Notes: a model not told the origin generated them from the letters alone. A DNA stretch of 64,000 nt from Candidatus Hydrothermia bacterium (GCA_049719805.1 JBNARF010000001.1:318341-382340), one strand, 5' to 3'; shown: positions 30,583-41,300, counted from the first letter of the stretch. Numbers and translations: made by a program.

Positions 30583-30985
30583 AAATAAATTAATTAAAAT
30601 TACGGTAAAAACTTCAAGAAGACAAGAATTAATCGATATTACCGGTGAAATTGAAAAAGCTATAAATATTTCCGGTGTTAAAAATGGTGTTGCTATCATC
30701 TATGTCCCACACACCACTGCTGGAGTGACAATTAACGAACATGCAGATCCATCTGTTAAATCTGATATAGAGAATTTCCTTTCGCGTCTGGTACCTGCTG
30801 GTTATCACTATCAACACCTGGAGGGTAATGCTGACTCCCACATTAAATCGGTATTGGTGGGTAATTCATTGACGGTTATAATCGAAAATGGCTCACTTCT
30901 TCTTGGGACCTGGCAGGGAATATTTTTCTGTGAATTTGATGGTCCAAGAGTGAGAAATGTGTATTTAAAAATAATTCAAGGATAA
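30575..30985 (+). CDS. yjbQ: YjbQ/UPF0047 family protein
   Basis: [22 protein letters not shown] and [14 protein letters not shown] motifs. Confidence 0.93.
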   Translation: MSENKLIKITVKTSRRQELIDITGEIEKAINISGVKNGVAIIYVPHTTAGVTINEHADPSVKSDIENFLSRLVPAGYHYQHLEGNADSHIKSVLVGNSLTVIIENGSLLLGTWQGIFFCEFDGPRVRNVYLKIIQG

Positions 30986-30989
30986 GGAT

Positions 30990-32540
30990 ATGCTCAAATT
31001 TATAAATTTGCTTATTTTTCTCCTGCCGCCGTGGTATACGAGACCGGAAATTAATTTCTCAGGTGATACAGTCTGGATTCATTTTAAGACCCAGAACCCT
31101 TCTTCTGCTTTTAAATTAGTTTATGGACCAGTTTATAGCCCATGGGACCTAACGTTTCATAAGTATACTGTCTCAAGAATTACAGATACATTGCATGCCT
31201 TTCCTTTGCTGGACTTAAAGCCAGAAACTCTGTATATATTGAAGGGTGCTTTTTTTGACTCAGTAACCAGAATTTACTATGCAACACAAAATTACTTTTT
31301 CAGATACACAATAAAAAATGGGAAACCGAAAGAAGGAATTGTAATTGATGTAGGGCCTTATCTATCCATGCTTGATGAAAATGACTTTTCAGTATCTTTT
31401 TATACCAATGTCCCTGTCAAGGCTGAGCTTTACCTGAATTCAAAATTGATTAAAAGAAGCGACTCAGAGTCTTTTCGCCATGAGTTTATCTTAACTGATC
31501 TTAAACCAGGAAGTTACTCTTATTTTGTTAAGATATTTAATGAAGAGGATACTCTCACTTCTTTTAAATATCATTTTGAGGTTGTCAAGTATCCTCAGAT
31601 AAAAATAGGGGTTTTTGGTGATACCCGAGGGAATCCGAATAGCGTGAACCCTGGGTTTTTCGTAGACGGAGTTAATGAAGAGATAATTCGTTCTATAATG
31701 AAGGAGTTTTATAACCAGGGTGTAGATGTGGTTATTATTCTTGGAGATTTAATCACAGGACGAATGAAGGAGTGGGACTATGCTGAAGCTGAGTATAAGT
31801 CTTTCTTGAAAGCATGTTGGCCATATTGTGCTTTTATTCCAGTGATGCCAGTTCCCGGGAATCATGATATGATAGCTCCTGTAATGGAAGATGAAGAGAA
31901 GCGTTTTAATCCTCCTCCACCCTACAGTGCTGAGGATCTATGGGCGAAAGTGTTTGCGCTTCCTACTAATGGACCTGACAACGAACCCGGAAAGCCACCA
32001 TATAAAGAAAATGTTTACATGATAAGATACGGAAAACTGACCATTTATGCTCTAAATAGTGATTATAATTACGTTCATTACAAAAACAAGCCTAATCCTA
32101 AAACCAGGGTTCCTGATTCGCTTCAGAGACAATGGCTTGCTCAAAAAGTAAAGGAAAATAAAGATTCGAAAGTGAATATTCTCTTTTTTCACGAACCCCT
32201 TATAGGCCTGGGTATAGAATATAGAGGAGAAAGAGAACCCTATACTGATTCCATAGCCGATTTCTACAAAAACCTTGGCTTTAATTTTTATATTGCCTCA
32301 CACGATCACATGTATGCCAGGGGGAGGCTTTTTAACGGGCTTGTCCAGATAGTCACAGGTGGGGGTGGAGCTCCTTTATATGATCTAAAAAATACTATTG
32401 ACGAGAAAAAAGATATAAAATTGGGATGTTATAGAAAAGCCTTTAATTATCTCATTTTAAGTCTCACAAAGGGGCACAGGATTAAGATTACTGTAAAGAC
32501 TTTAAATGGCGAAACAATAGAAGAATTACTCCTCCCATGA
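30990..32540 (+). CDS. Purple-acid-phosphatase-like metallophosphoesterase with FN3-like N-terminal domains
   Basis: GDTRG, LGDLI, GNHD, FHEP, SHDHMY and TGGGGAP motifs; hydrophobic N-terminus. Confidence 0.85.
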   Translation: MLKFINLLIFLLPPWYTRPEINFSGDTVWIHFKTQNPSSAFKLVYGPVYSPWDLTFHKYTVSRITDTLHAFPLLDLKPETLYILKGAFFDSVTRIYYATQNYFFRYTIKNGKPKEGIVIDVGPYLSMLDENDFSVSFYTNVPVKAELYLNSKLIKRSDSESFRHEFILTDLKPGSYSYFVKIFNEEDTLTSFKYHFEVVKYPQIKIGVFGDTRGNPNSVNPGFFVDGVNEEIIRSIMKEFYNQGVDVVIILGDLITGRMKEWDYAEAEYKSFLKACWPYCAFIPVMPVPGNHDMIAPVMEDEEKRFNPPPPYSAEDLWAKVFALPTNGPDNEPGKPPYKENVYMIRYGKLTIYALNSDYNYVHYKNKPNPKTRVPDSLQRQWLAQKVKENKDSKVNILFFHEPLIGLGIEYRGEREPYTDSIADFYKNLGFNFYIASHDHMYARGRLFNGLVQIVTGGGGAPLYDLKNTIDEKKDIKLGCYRKAFNYLILSLTKGHRIKITVKTLNGETIEELLLP

Positions 32541-34312
32541 AAAATATCAGGAACTTTTCAATAATTGCGCATATTGACCACGGCAAATCCACCCTTGCGG
32601 ATAGGCTACTGGAGATAACAAGGACTATAAGGCCTGAGAAATTACAGGAACAATACCTTGATTCCATGGACTTAGAAAGAGAAAAAGGAATTACCATTAA
32701 AATGCATCCCGTCAGAATGGAATATGAGTTGGACGGCGAAAACTATATTCTTAACCTGATCGACACACCAGGTCATGTGGATTTCAATTACGAAGTTTCA
32801 AGGTCATTGGCTGCGTGTGAAGGCGCTATTCTTCTTGTAGATGCTTCTCAGGGAGTTGAAGCACAAACAATAACAAACTTTTACCTGGCTCTTGGGCAGA
32901 ACCTTACCATTATTCCAGTTATTAACAAAATAGATCTTCCCAACGCGATGATTGAAAAAGTTGAAAAGCAAGTTTACGAACTAACTGGTGAAAAACCCCT
33001 TAGAATTTCCGCCAAGCTGGGCTGGGGAGTCGATGAACTATTACGTGAAATTATTAATAAAATACCACCTCCACAGGGGGACTATTTAAAACCCCTTAAG
33101 GCTTTAATTTTTGATGCAAAATATGAAGATTACCGGGGAGTAATTGTATTTGTTAGGGTCTTTGATGGTGTTATCAGACCCGGCATGAAGATCCTTATGA
33201 AGTCAACAGGCCGTATCTACGAAGTTGTGGAAGTTGGGTATTTAAAGCCCGAGATGACCAAGGTTTTAGAGTTGAAAGCTGGAGAAGTTGGATATATAAC
33301 TGCTGCTATAAGAGAAATTACTGAGGCTCGAGTTGGCGACACAATAGTTGATGCATTGTACCCCGACACTCCTGCACTTCCTGGTTATAGAGAGCCTAAA
33401 CCCGTGGTTTTCGCAGGGATTTATCCCACTCTTCCATCAGACTATGAGAACCTTGCTAAAGCAATTGCCAAACTAAAATTGAACGACGCTGCCCTGCAGT
33501 ATCAGGGGGAGTACTCCCCCGCCCTGGGGCCGGGATTTAGATGCGGCTTCCTGGGAATGTTACACATGGAAATATTTAAAGAAAGATTAAAAAGGGAATT
33601 TGGTGTGGATATAGTAATTACCACGCCGAATGTTGAATACAAGGTAATTCTTGAAGATGGTACGGAGCTTTTTGTAGATAATCCCTCTGATTTTCCCGAT
33701 GTTTATCAAAAAGCTATGGAACCCTTCGCAAGAGTGGAAATCATAACTCCAAAGGAGTTTCTGGGCGCAGTTCAGAAGCTCTGCATTTCAAGAAGGGGAA
33801 TTCAGAATAAGTTTTATTTTATTGATGAAGATACTGTTTTCTTTGAATTTGAGATGCCCCTGGCAGAAATAATCTTTGATTTCCACGATAAGCTGAAAAG
33901 TATAACCCGTGGTTTTGCATCTTTTGACTATGAAATAATAGACTTCCGGGAGTCAGATGTGGTAAGGTTGGATTTCTTGGTCGCAGGGGATAAAATTGAT
34001 GCTCTTTCCCTGGTGGTACACAAAGATCAAGCTTACCATACTGGAAGGAAGATCGCAGAAAAACTCCGAAAAGAAATTCCTCGGCAACTTTTTGAGGTCA
34101 CAATTCAGGCAGCAATTGGGAAGAGAGTTATTGCAAAAGAGAGAATACCCCCAATACGAAAGGATGTTACAGCAAAGTGCTACGGTGGTGACATCACGCG
34201 CAAAAGAAAACTTTTGGAAAAGCAGAAAGAGGGCAAAAAGAAGTTGAAAAAGATTGGTAAAGTAGAACTGCCGCAAGAAGCCTTTTTAAACATAATTAAG
34301 GCTGAGGAGTAA
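32537..34312 (+). CDS. lepA: Elongation factor 4
   Basis: IRNFSIIAHIDHGKSTLADR, GFRCGFLGMLH and KCYGGDITRKRKLLEKQKEGK motifs. Confidence 0.98.
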   Translation: MKNIRNFSIIAHIDHGKSTLADRLLEITRTIRPEKLQEQYLDSMDLEREKGITIKMHPVRMEYELDGENYILNLIDTPGHVDFNYEVSRSLAACEGAILLVDASQGVEAQTITNFYLALGQNLTIIPVINKIDLPNAMIEKVEKQVYELTGEKPLRISAKLGWGVDELLREIINKIPPPQGDYLKPLKALIFDAKYEDYRGVIVFVRVFDGVIRPGMKILMKSTGRIYEVVEVGYLKPEMTKVLELKAGEVGYITAAIREITEARVGDTIVDALYPDTPALPGYREPKPVVFAGIYPTLPSDYENLAKAIAKLKLNDAALQYQGEYSPALGPGFRCGFLGMLHMEIFKERLKREFGVDIVITTPNVEYKVILEDGTELFVDNPSDFPDVYQKAMEPFARVEIITPKEFLGAVQKLCISRRGIQNKFYFIDEDTVFFEFEMPLAEIIFDFHDKLKSITRGFASFDYEIIDFRESDVVRLDFLVAGDKIDALSLVVHKDQAYHTGRKIAEKLRKEIPRQLFEVTIQAAIGKRVIAKERIPPIRKDVTAKCYGGDITRKRKLLEKQKEGKKKLKKIGKVELPQEAFLNIIKAEE

Positions 34313-34313
34313 T

Positions 34314-35462
34314 ATGAGGGTTTTAATGGCCACTGATCACTATTACCCCTACCCGGGGGGTATAACAGAACACACATATCATTTAAGTAAAGAACTAATT
34401 AAACAGGGTGTGCATGTTGAGGTCCTCACTTCCAATTTTCCGAAAAAGTATATTGATGAGCCACCTGATATGGATTTAATAAAAGTTCATAGAGTTGGAA
34501 AGTCTTATTATATTAGAGCGAATAAATCCCAAAGTTGTTTTTCTTTTTCTCGGAAAATCACCAGGGAGATAAAAACCGTTGTAGAAATAGGTAATTATGA
34601 TATAGTTCATTCGCAGAATTCTGTCCTCCCAACAATTCCCTATCTATCTCTGCTATACGCCAAAAAATTCCGCTTCGCAACTTTTCACTCATATCACGGT
34701 TTTTCTATGGGCTATGAATTATTTAAACCATTGTTCTTGCCTGTATACGAAAAGCTGGATGGCAAAATATTCGTTTCAAGACCTGCGCTTCAAACCATAG
34801 AAAGGCATTTTGTTGTTGAGAATTACAGGATAATTCCCAATGGTGTGGACACTGAAAAATTTAATCCAGAAGGGCCAATTTACGAGTTCCCATTTTTCAG
34901 AAAGCCTCAGGATATTGTGATTCTTTTTGTTGGTAGGTTAGAAGTAAGGAAAGGCACCAAATATTTAATTGAAGCCTTTAATTTGCTGGGAAAAGATAAC
35001 CCCAACTTGAAACTTGTAATAGCTGGGGACGGACCGCTTAGGAAAAAACTTGAAAAGCAAGTAGCACCGGAATTAAAAGAAAGAGTTTTTTTTCTGGGAT
35101 TTGTTTCAGGAAACATTTTGCCTATGTTATACAGAAGCTGTGACATATTCGTTTCTCCTGCCATAGGAGGGGAAAGTTTTGGAATAGTACTACTTGAGGC
35201 CATGGCTTCTGGAAAACCTGTGGTGGCTTTTGATAATGAAGGATACAGAGAGGTTATTGATGACGGGATACAGGGGTTCCTGGTAGAGAGGAAAAACGTT
35301 GAAAAATTGGCCAGCAGTATAAGTCATCTTGTTCAAAATCCATTCCTTCGAATGAAAATGGGTGAAGAGGGGCGAAAGAAAGCTTTGAACTATTCCTGGC
35401 ACGTTATTGCAAAGCAAGTTTTGCAGTATTATGAAGACGTTATTATGTCAAAAGAACTATGA
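34314..35462 (+). CDS. GT4 glycosyltransferase (PimA-like)
   Basis: YPYPGG, IPNGVD, FVGRLEVRKG and GGESFGIVLLEAMA motifs. Confidence 0.9.
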   Translation: MRVLMATDHYYPYPGGITEHTYHLSKELIKQGVHVEVLTSNFPKKYIDEPPDMDLIKVHRVGKSYYIRANKSQSCFSFSRKITREIKTVVEIGNYDIVHSQNSVLPTIPYLSLLYAKKFRFATFHSYHGFSMGYELFKPLFLPVYEKLDGKIFVSRPALQTIERHFVVENYRIIPNGVDTEKFNPEGPIYEFPFFRKPQDIVILFVGRLEVRKGTKYLIEAFNLLGKDNPNLKLVIAGDGPLRKKLEKQVAPELKERVFFLGFVSGNILPMLYRSCDIFVSPAIGGESFGIVLLEAMASGKPVVAFDNEGYREVIDDGIQGFLVERKNVEKLASSISHLVQNPFLRMKMGEEGRKKALNYSWHVIAKQVLQYYEDVIMSKEL

Positions 35463-35941
35463 AAATTTTTATAATTGACGGATACAATGTTATAAACTCT
35501 ATCCCTGATTTAGAGAAACATAAGGAACTTGAGAGAGCAAGAAGCGAACTAATTCGCATTATAAGAGAACGCTTAGGAAGTAATTACATAATTGTTTTCG
35601 ATGGTAAGAGAGGAAGTAAAAACCTGGAAGACCCAAAGATTATCTTCACTTCAAACGAACAAGAAGCTGACATTCTTATTTACAAAAAGGCGCAGGAATA
35701 TGCAAAGTTGAAGGTGAAGGTTATTGTAATTTCCAGGGATAAAGTTCTTCTCAACCGCTGTCGGCAAATAGGGGCTTCATCCATGGATCCGATGGATTTA
35801 TTTAATACTAAAACAATTAACAGTTCTTCCAAATCAAAGGGGGCGGAAAAACTAAACTCTCACATGCAGAGGGCAATTACTAAGGAACTCGAAAGAGTTT
35901 TTGGGATAAAAGATACGGGGGAAAAAGATGAAAGAATTTGA
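35459..35941 (+). CDS. NYN/YacP (Rae1)-like PIN-fold RNase
   Basis: IIDGYN, VFDG, ADILI and ISRD acidic motifs. Confidence 0.82.
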   Translation: MKIFIIDGYNVINSIPDLEKHKELERARSELIRIIRERLGSNYIIVFDGKRGSKNLEDPKIIFTSNEQEADILIYKKAQEYAKLKVKVIVISRDKVLLNRCRQIGASSMDPMDLFNTKTINSSSKSKGAEKLNSHMQRAITKELERVFGIKDTGEKDERI

Positions 35942-36548
35942 TGATCTGTATGAAGTTATAAAATATTTGAGGTCAGAAAAAGGCTGCCCATGGGATAGGG
36001 AGCAAACATCCGAATCCATAGCCTTTGATCTAATAGAAGAAGCCTATGAAATAAACGATGCTATTGAGAGCAAAGACATAGACAAATTAAAAGAAGAGCT
36101 TGGAGATTTACTGTTTCTTGTACTTATGCATATCAGAATTAAGGAAGAAGAGGGACATTTTACTCTTGCGGAGATCCTCAGAAATGTTAAAGAAAAAATG
36201 ATATACAGACATCCCCATGTTTTTGGTAAGAGAAATTTTAATAACCTTAAAGAACTTCTTGAAAACTGGGAGAAGTCTAAAGAGTATCCCTTTGAATCAA
36301 TTCCCGACTATTTGCCAGCTCTTCTCATGGGGCAAAAGATAGTGGAAAAGATAAAGAGGCTTAATCCTGAGTTGGATAAAGAAAAGGTCTATTCCATGAT
36401 TATCTCTAATATTCAAAATTTCGATGAGTATGGCGAAAAGATTCTACATCTGATAATAGATGCGTCATACAGCGGTAAGAATCTTGAGAAAGACTTACGT
36501 CAAAATTTTGTACTTCTTAAAAAGAAGCTTTCTGAAAATAAGTCTTAA
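35928..36548 (+). CDS. mazG: MazG nucleotide pyrophosphohydrolase with one recognisable catalytic domain
   Basis: LRSEKGCPWDREQT, EEAYE, EELGDLL and RHPHVF motifs; second MazG domain degenerate. Confidence 0.88.
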   Translation: MKEFDDLYEVIKYLRSEKGCPWDREQTSESIAFDLIEEAYEINDAIESKDIDKLKEELGDLLFLVLMHIRIKEEEGHFTLAEILRNVKEKMIYRHPHVFGKRNFNNLKELLENWEKSKEYPFESIPDYLPALLMGQKIVEKIKRLNPELDKEKVYSMIISNIQNFDEYGEKILHLIIDASYSGKNLEKDLRQNFVLLKKKLSENKS

Positions 36549-36826
36549 TAAGAATATTCCTCGTCCATCCTTTGCAGTTCAAATACTGTAGGATTCGCTG
36601 GATCGTAACAACACAGCCTTATTTTGTGTTCGTTTTCACCATCTCCAACTTTTCCCCCGTAGGACAGGACTCTGATTACAGGATAAAGAATATTAAAAGC
36701 AGCTGGACACAGGTTTTGAATGGGCCACCCCTGGTATATGAATTCATCACCTACCTTGTGCCCCAATGGACATTTCCCGCTACCCTGAATTTCCACTACT
36801 TTTAATTTGACTTTGTATTTTTTCAT
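36545..36826 (-). CDS. TIGR04076-like small Cys-containing protein
   Basis: GKCPLGHKVGDEF, LCPAAF and CCYDP motifs; SD GGAGG. Confidence 0.8.
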   Translation of the reverse strand: MKKYKVKLKVVEIQGSGKCPLGHKVGDEFIYQGWPIQNLCPAAFNILYPVIRVLSYGGKVGDGENEHKIRLCCYDPANPTVFELQRMDEEYSY

Positions 36827-36838
36827 GACTTACCTCCC

Positions 36839-38428
36839 TTAATATTCAAAAGAACTTCCCCCTATGAATTCTCTAATAATGGAAGTCGGAGGGATTTCAA
36901 AAGGCATAACACCAATAAAATGGAATAAAAAGTTCAATAATCTGAGTGCTTCACTATAATTTGGGTCGTCACATTTTACCGAACGAAGCAAAGGCTCTGC
37001 ATAGTTCTTAAGCACTGCAAGCTCATAAGTCAGGGCGCTGTTAAACATTATATCAGCCTCTTCCTGATAAGGGAAAATATAAAGTTCTTCTCCCTTTGCA
37101 ACTTTGGGCCACATGGAGAGCGTTTTAGTAGCATTATGCCCGCGATATCTGAAGTCTCGTACCATTCTTCTTATAAGTCTGGTATCCCTTGTGGGAATTC
37201 GGTTTAATCTATCTATGTTTAACTGGGTTAAACTTGAGACGTATATTTTGAATTTATTTCTTTCCGAAATGCCCTCAGTAAGTTCTGGATTAAGTCCATG
37301 TATACCCTCTACGATAATGATGTCTTTTGGTGACAACGAAATCTCTTCTCTTATACCATCTCTTTTGCCTTTAGTAAAACTAAACTTGGGGATTTGAACT
37401 TTCTCACCCTTAATAAGCTTTTGCAGGTGTTCTCTGAAAAGTTTGTAGTCCAGGGCATAGAAACTTTCGTAGTCGGGTTCTCCATCCTCGCCTACGGGGG
37501 TTTGTTCCCTGTCGAGGAAATAATCATCCAGGGAAATAGTCCGCGGAGTCAATCCATTAATTGTTAATTGTATCTTTAGCCTCTTTGAAAAAGTGGTTTT
37601 ACCAGAAGAAGATGGCCCCGCAATTAAAACTACCTTAATTTCATTACTTCTTTTTGAAATTATGTCTGCAATTTGAGCTATTTTCTTCTCATGCAAACCT
37701 TCCTGGATTTTTATCAAATCAGAAATCCTGCCAGATTCTATTGCCTCGTTTAGATGACCAACATCGTCTATTTCCAGAATTTCAGCCCAGGATTTCGACT
37801 CTTGAAAGGTCTCGAAAAGTTTATCTCTTTTTACTGGAGCCGAAAGTTTGTATGGATCTTTTGTGTCGGGTAGAAATATCAAAAAGCCATTCTTGAACTC
37901 CTTTATATCGAATATTTTGATAAAACCCGTGGTAGGAACAAGAGGTCCTGCCATGTACGCCATGTAATCACCTATTTTATAAAAAGTGAAGATGTTCTTG
38001 GCCAAATACTGGATCAGCCTTAGCTGGTCGTAACGTTTCTCTTCCTTTAAATATCTTATGGCTTCTTGCTTTGTCAAGTCGACAACTTCGATGGGAATAT
38101 TCTTTGATGATAGCTCAGAAAGTCCTTCTTTAAGAAGCTTTAGCGCAACGATTTTATCTACTCCTCTGACTTCGCCATATAAAGCTTCACCTAAAGAATG
38201 TTCCATCACAAGGGAATTTTTGTAACCAGCTCTTGTTAGAATGTAATCGCACAGAAAAGCAAGAGTTCTCTCGTAAGTTCTTCGCCCTTCTCCTTCACAA
38301 ACTGTTAGAAGCTTGATGTTATTACTTTCAGGAAAATCTGATGAAAAACCTATAAGCTGATTGTCTATGATGCATGCGGTATAGGGATAGGTAACCCTTC
38401 CCACTAAATCCCAGACTTTTTTTCGCAT
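36839..38428 (-). CDS. Nucleoside (uridine) kinase with ThrRS-like N-terminal domain
   Basis: AGPSSSGKTT, SLDDYF, VEGIHGLN, RLIRRMVRD, IFPYQE.AD..FNSAL.YE and REFIGGS motifs. Confidence 0.88.
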   Translation of the reverse strand: MRKKVWDLVGRVTYPYTACIIDNQLIGFSSDFPESNNIKLLTVCEGEGRRTYERTLAFLCDYILTRAGYKNSLVMEHSLGEALYGEVRGVDKIVALKLLKEGLSELSSKNIPIEVVDLTKQEAIRYLKEEKRYDQLRLIQYLAKNIFTFYKIGDYMAYMAGPLVPTTGFIKIFDIKEFKNGFLIFLPDTKDPYKLSAPVKRDKLFETFQESKSWAEILEIDDVGHLNEAIESGRISDLIKIQEGLHEKKIAQIADIISKRSNEIKVVLIAGPSSSGKTTFSKRLKIQLTINGLTPRTISLDDYFLDREQTPVGEDGEPDYESFYALDYKLFREHLQKLIKGEKVQIPKFSFTKGKRDGIREEISLSPKDIIIVEGIHGLNPELTEGISERNKFKIYVSSLTQLNIDRLNRIPTRDTRLIRRMVRDFRYRGHNATKTLSMWPKVAKGEELYIFPYQEEADIMFNSALTYELAVLKNYAEPLLRSVKCDDPNYSEALRLLNFLFHFIGVMPFEIPPTSIIREFIGGSSFEY

Positions 38429-38430
38429 AA

Positions 38431-40107
38431 CTACCTCTCAAATTTGGATTTAAGCTCCTCAAGAGAAATAAAGTATATAGTGGGTCTCCCGTGAGGGCAA
38501 TTAAAGGGATTGTCGGTTGTGAACAGTTCGTCGATTAGAGTTGACATCTCCTCTCTGGATAATGTATCCCCAAATTTTACGGCTGCTTTACATGCTATGG
38601 TTTTAATTAAATTATCCAGTCTTGCAGGAAGCTCAGGTGCTTCTTCCAGTGAATTTATCATATCTTTTAAGTCTTCTCTGCGAATACTTTTAAAAATAGA
38701 AGGTACTTTTTCAAAGACCAGGGAATTATTATCTAAGTATCGAAATTCGAAACCAAAGGAGTTTAAAAGATCTGAAAAACTATCAAAAAGTTGCTTCTCT
38801 AAGGGAGTAAGCTGGACTAAAATCGGAAATAGAAGAGTTTGGGAAGAGAATTGCTTTTTTTTCAGCTTATCATATAAGATCCTTTCATGAGCCGCATGCT
38901 GATCGATAATCATAATTCCAGACATAGTCTGAGCAAAAATATAACTTGAATATGCCTGCCACAGGTTTATACTAACTTTTTCCTCTGTAAGAGAGGCAAC
39001 ACTTTGCTGCGGCGAGGGCATCATTTCACCAAGTTCAAGTTGAAGGATCTCATGTTTTTGTTGACGTTGAGGTTCAGCATCTTTGACGAGGTCTAAAATT
39101 CTGTTGTTTAAAAAACCTCCCAGTTCGCTCTTATATCCCTGGATTCTGTCAGCAATTATTTTGGAAATTTTCTCGGTAAATCTAAGGTACGGAGCAATTT
39201 TAACTTCTTTTTTCTGTGGATGAATGTTAAAATCAACAAATTCAGGGTTAATTTCGATACGAAACACAAAATCAGGATTTCCTGTTGGTCTGTCATAAGC
39301 CTTAAAGATCGCCTTTTTTATCTGTTCACTCTTTACTCCCCTTCCATTTATGAGCAAAATTTGTTTTGAGTGTCTTGAAATGGAGAGTGTTTCAGGTTTT
39401 GAAATAAAACCAAGTGCTTTTATGTGTTTATCATCGTACATAACAAAAAGACAACGATCTATAAATTCCTTACCCAATACCTGAAGAACTCTATCTCCAA
39501 AATCTCCCGGTTTTAAGTCCAATACTTTTTCACCATTTTCAATAAATTCAAAAGATACGTCCTGATGCCATAATGCATAGGCTATTATCTCGTTTAAAAT
39601 TCTCCTGCCTTCTTCTCTCTTTGAAAGTAAAAATTTTCTTCTGGCCGGAAAATTAAAGAACAAATCTTTTACTATTACAGTGGTACCCTTGTCATGGGGG
39701 TATGGGCCCTCGTAAACCAGCGTTCCTCCGTTAAAGTGACATTCCCACCCTTCTTCGAAATTTTCGCTGGTATTTGTTCTTATTATGAGATTGGAAACCT
39801 GTGAAATGGCATATAATGCTTCACCTCTAAAACCCAGAGTTTTTATAGATTTCAGGTAAGATAGATCAGATATTTTGCTGGTGGTAAACCTTTCTACAGC
39901 CAATTTTATCTCGTCTTTTGGGATTCCTACTCCGTTATCTGATACTTCGATGTAATCAATACCTCCCCCCTCTATAGCAATTCTTATGTTTGTGGCTCCG
40001 GCATCCAGGCTGTTTTCAATAAGCTCTCTGACGCAGGAAGCAGGATTTTCAACTACCTCTCCAGCTGAAATTTTTTTAATGACCTCTTCTGGCAGTTTTT
40101 TAATCAT
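38431..40107 (-). CDS. mutL: DNA mismatch repair endonuclease MutL
   Basis: GEVVENP..VRELIENSLDA, GFRGEAL; endonuclease motifs DQHAAHER, ACK and CPHGRP. Confidence 0.96.
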   Translation of the reverse strand: MIKKLPEEVIKKISAGEVVENPASCVRELIENSLDAGATNIRIAIEGGGIDYIEVSDNGVGIPKDEIKLAVERFTTSKISDLSYLKSIKTLGFRGEALYAISQVSNLIIRTNTSENFEEGWECHFNGGTLVYEGPYPHDKGTTVIVKDLFFNFPARRKFLLSKREEGRRILNEIIAYALWHQDVSFEFIENGEKVLDLKPGDFGDRVLQVLGKEFIDRCLFVMYDDKHIKALGFISKPETLSISRHSKQILLINGRGVKSEQIKKAIFKAYDRPTGNPDFVFRIEINPEFVDFNIHPQKKEVKIAPYLRFTEKISKIIADRIQGYKSELGGFLNNRILDLVKDAEPQRQQKHEILQLELGEMMPSPQQSVASLTEEKVSINLWQAYSSYIFAQTMSGIMIIDQHAAHERILYDKLKKKQFSSQTLLFPILVQLTPLEKQLFDSFSDLLNSFGFEFRYLDNNSLVFEKVPSIFKSIRREDLKDMINSLEEAPELPARLDNLIKTIACKAAVKFGDTLSREEMSTLIDELFTTDNPFNCPHGRPTIYFISLEELKSKFER

Positions 40108-41038
40108 GTTTTTCCTTCAGGATGTCTTCGAAGATTTTAACCGCATCAAACCCTAACTTTTTTAACTTATACCTGAGCACAATGGTTTCAATTATCGTCG
40201 CAAGCCTTCCCTTTTCCTGTGACGGTACCTTATAACAGGGAAGGTGAACACCTAAAATATCAAAAGATTCCTCTTTTAAAGCCTCTTCGCTTACATCATG
40301 ACTAAGTTCCATTATTAATGAAAGTTCGGTTCTTTCTTTCATTCTTGCTGGCCCCAGGATTAGCTCAAGATCAAGAACACCTACATATTTTAAGTCTATA
40401 AACGTACTCATTCTCTTGTCTGATGCTCCCGAGGTAGCGGTTATTTTTCCAAAAGGAAAGTGAAAGAGTTTTATAAGGTCATCCGCTATGAAGTTGTGCC
40501 CTCGTCTAATCAATTCATAAACACATTCTGATTTGCCCACACCCGTTTTTCCCACAAGGAGAACTCCTTCACCGAAAACTTCTACACAACTGCCATGCAT
40601 ATAGGTGTAAGGCGACAACTTAAAAGATAAATAAGAAAACAAACGTTTCTTGAAATCTACGTAATTTAGGTAAGTATAGAGCACCGGGATTTTTTCTTCC
40701 AACTTTTTTAGAACATCACAATAGTGGTCGTATAGAATTTTAGGGAGTACTATACCTGTTACTACGCTACCATCCTGCTTTTCTACAAATTCTTTAAAAG
40801 TTCCATAAATGCTGCCTAAAATTCTCCTGTCAATATTAATATTTAAAAAAGCAAATTCCCGATCAACGTCAGTAAAATCTTCAAACATTACATCTCTGAA
40901 TGTTTTAAAAGAAAACTTCGAGTTTTCCAAAACTTCTTTTTTACAATTTGTTTCCAGAGCACAAATTTCTTTTAAGTCCAGGAAAAAATCTAAATAAGAA
41001 ACACTATCAGGATCTTCGATCCTGTAATTTTTCCTCAT
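40100..41038 (-). CDS. hprK: HPr(Ser) kinase/phosphorylase, divergent
   Basis: HGSCVEVFGEGVLLVGKTGVGKSE, RGHNFIADD and GRLATIIE motifs; N-terminal domain and signature motif divergent. Confidence 0.82.
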   Translation of the reverse strand: MRKNYRIEDPDSVSYLDFFLDLKEICALETNCKKEVLENSKFSFKTFRDVMFEDFTDVDREFAFLNINIDRRILGSIYGTFKEFVEKQDGSVVTGIVLPKILYDHYCDVLKKLEEKIPVLYTYLNYVDFKKRLFSYLSFKLSPYTYMHGSCVEVFGEGVLLVGKTGVGKSECVYELIRRGHNFIADDLIKLFHFPFGKITATSGASDKRMSTFIDLKYVGVLDLELILGPARMKERTELSLIMELSHDVSEEALKEESFDILGVHLPCYKVPSQEKGRLATIIETIVLRYKLKKLGFDAVKIFEDILKEKHD

Positions 41039-41300
41039 ATTTGACCAGCTGATGTTTTATTTTTTCCTTTAAAGTATCCACAAGAATGTAGGGGTCTTTC
41101 TCTGTGGATTTTGCAGTTAAAGTCTGCCCTTTGACCTTCACAACAAGATTACCTGTGTATCTGCCTCTCTGCTCTTCCATTATTAGTTCGGCACTAATAA
41201 TGTAATCAGAGAATTTTTTCATAAAGTCAAGTCTTTTATTTATGTACTCCTTTAGCGCATCAGTAAATTCAAAATTCTTTGCAGTAAGGGTAAGTTCCAT
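41007..41300 (-). CDS. hpf: Ribosome hibernation factor HPF/RaiA, short form
   Basis: TAKNFEFTDALKEYINKRL...DPY...D...QL.KY; SD AGGAGG. Confidence 0.88.
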   Translation of the reverse strand: MELTLTAKNFEFTDALKEYINKRLDFMKKFSDYIISAELIMEEQRGRYTGNLVVKVKGQTLTAKSTEKDPYILVDTLKEKIKHQLVKYEEKLQDRRS

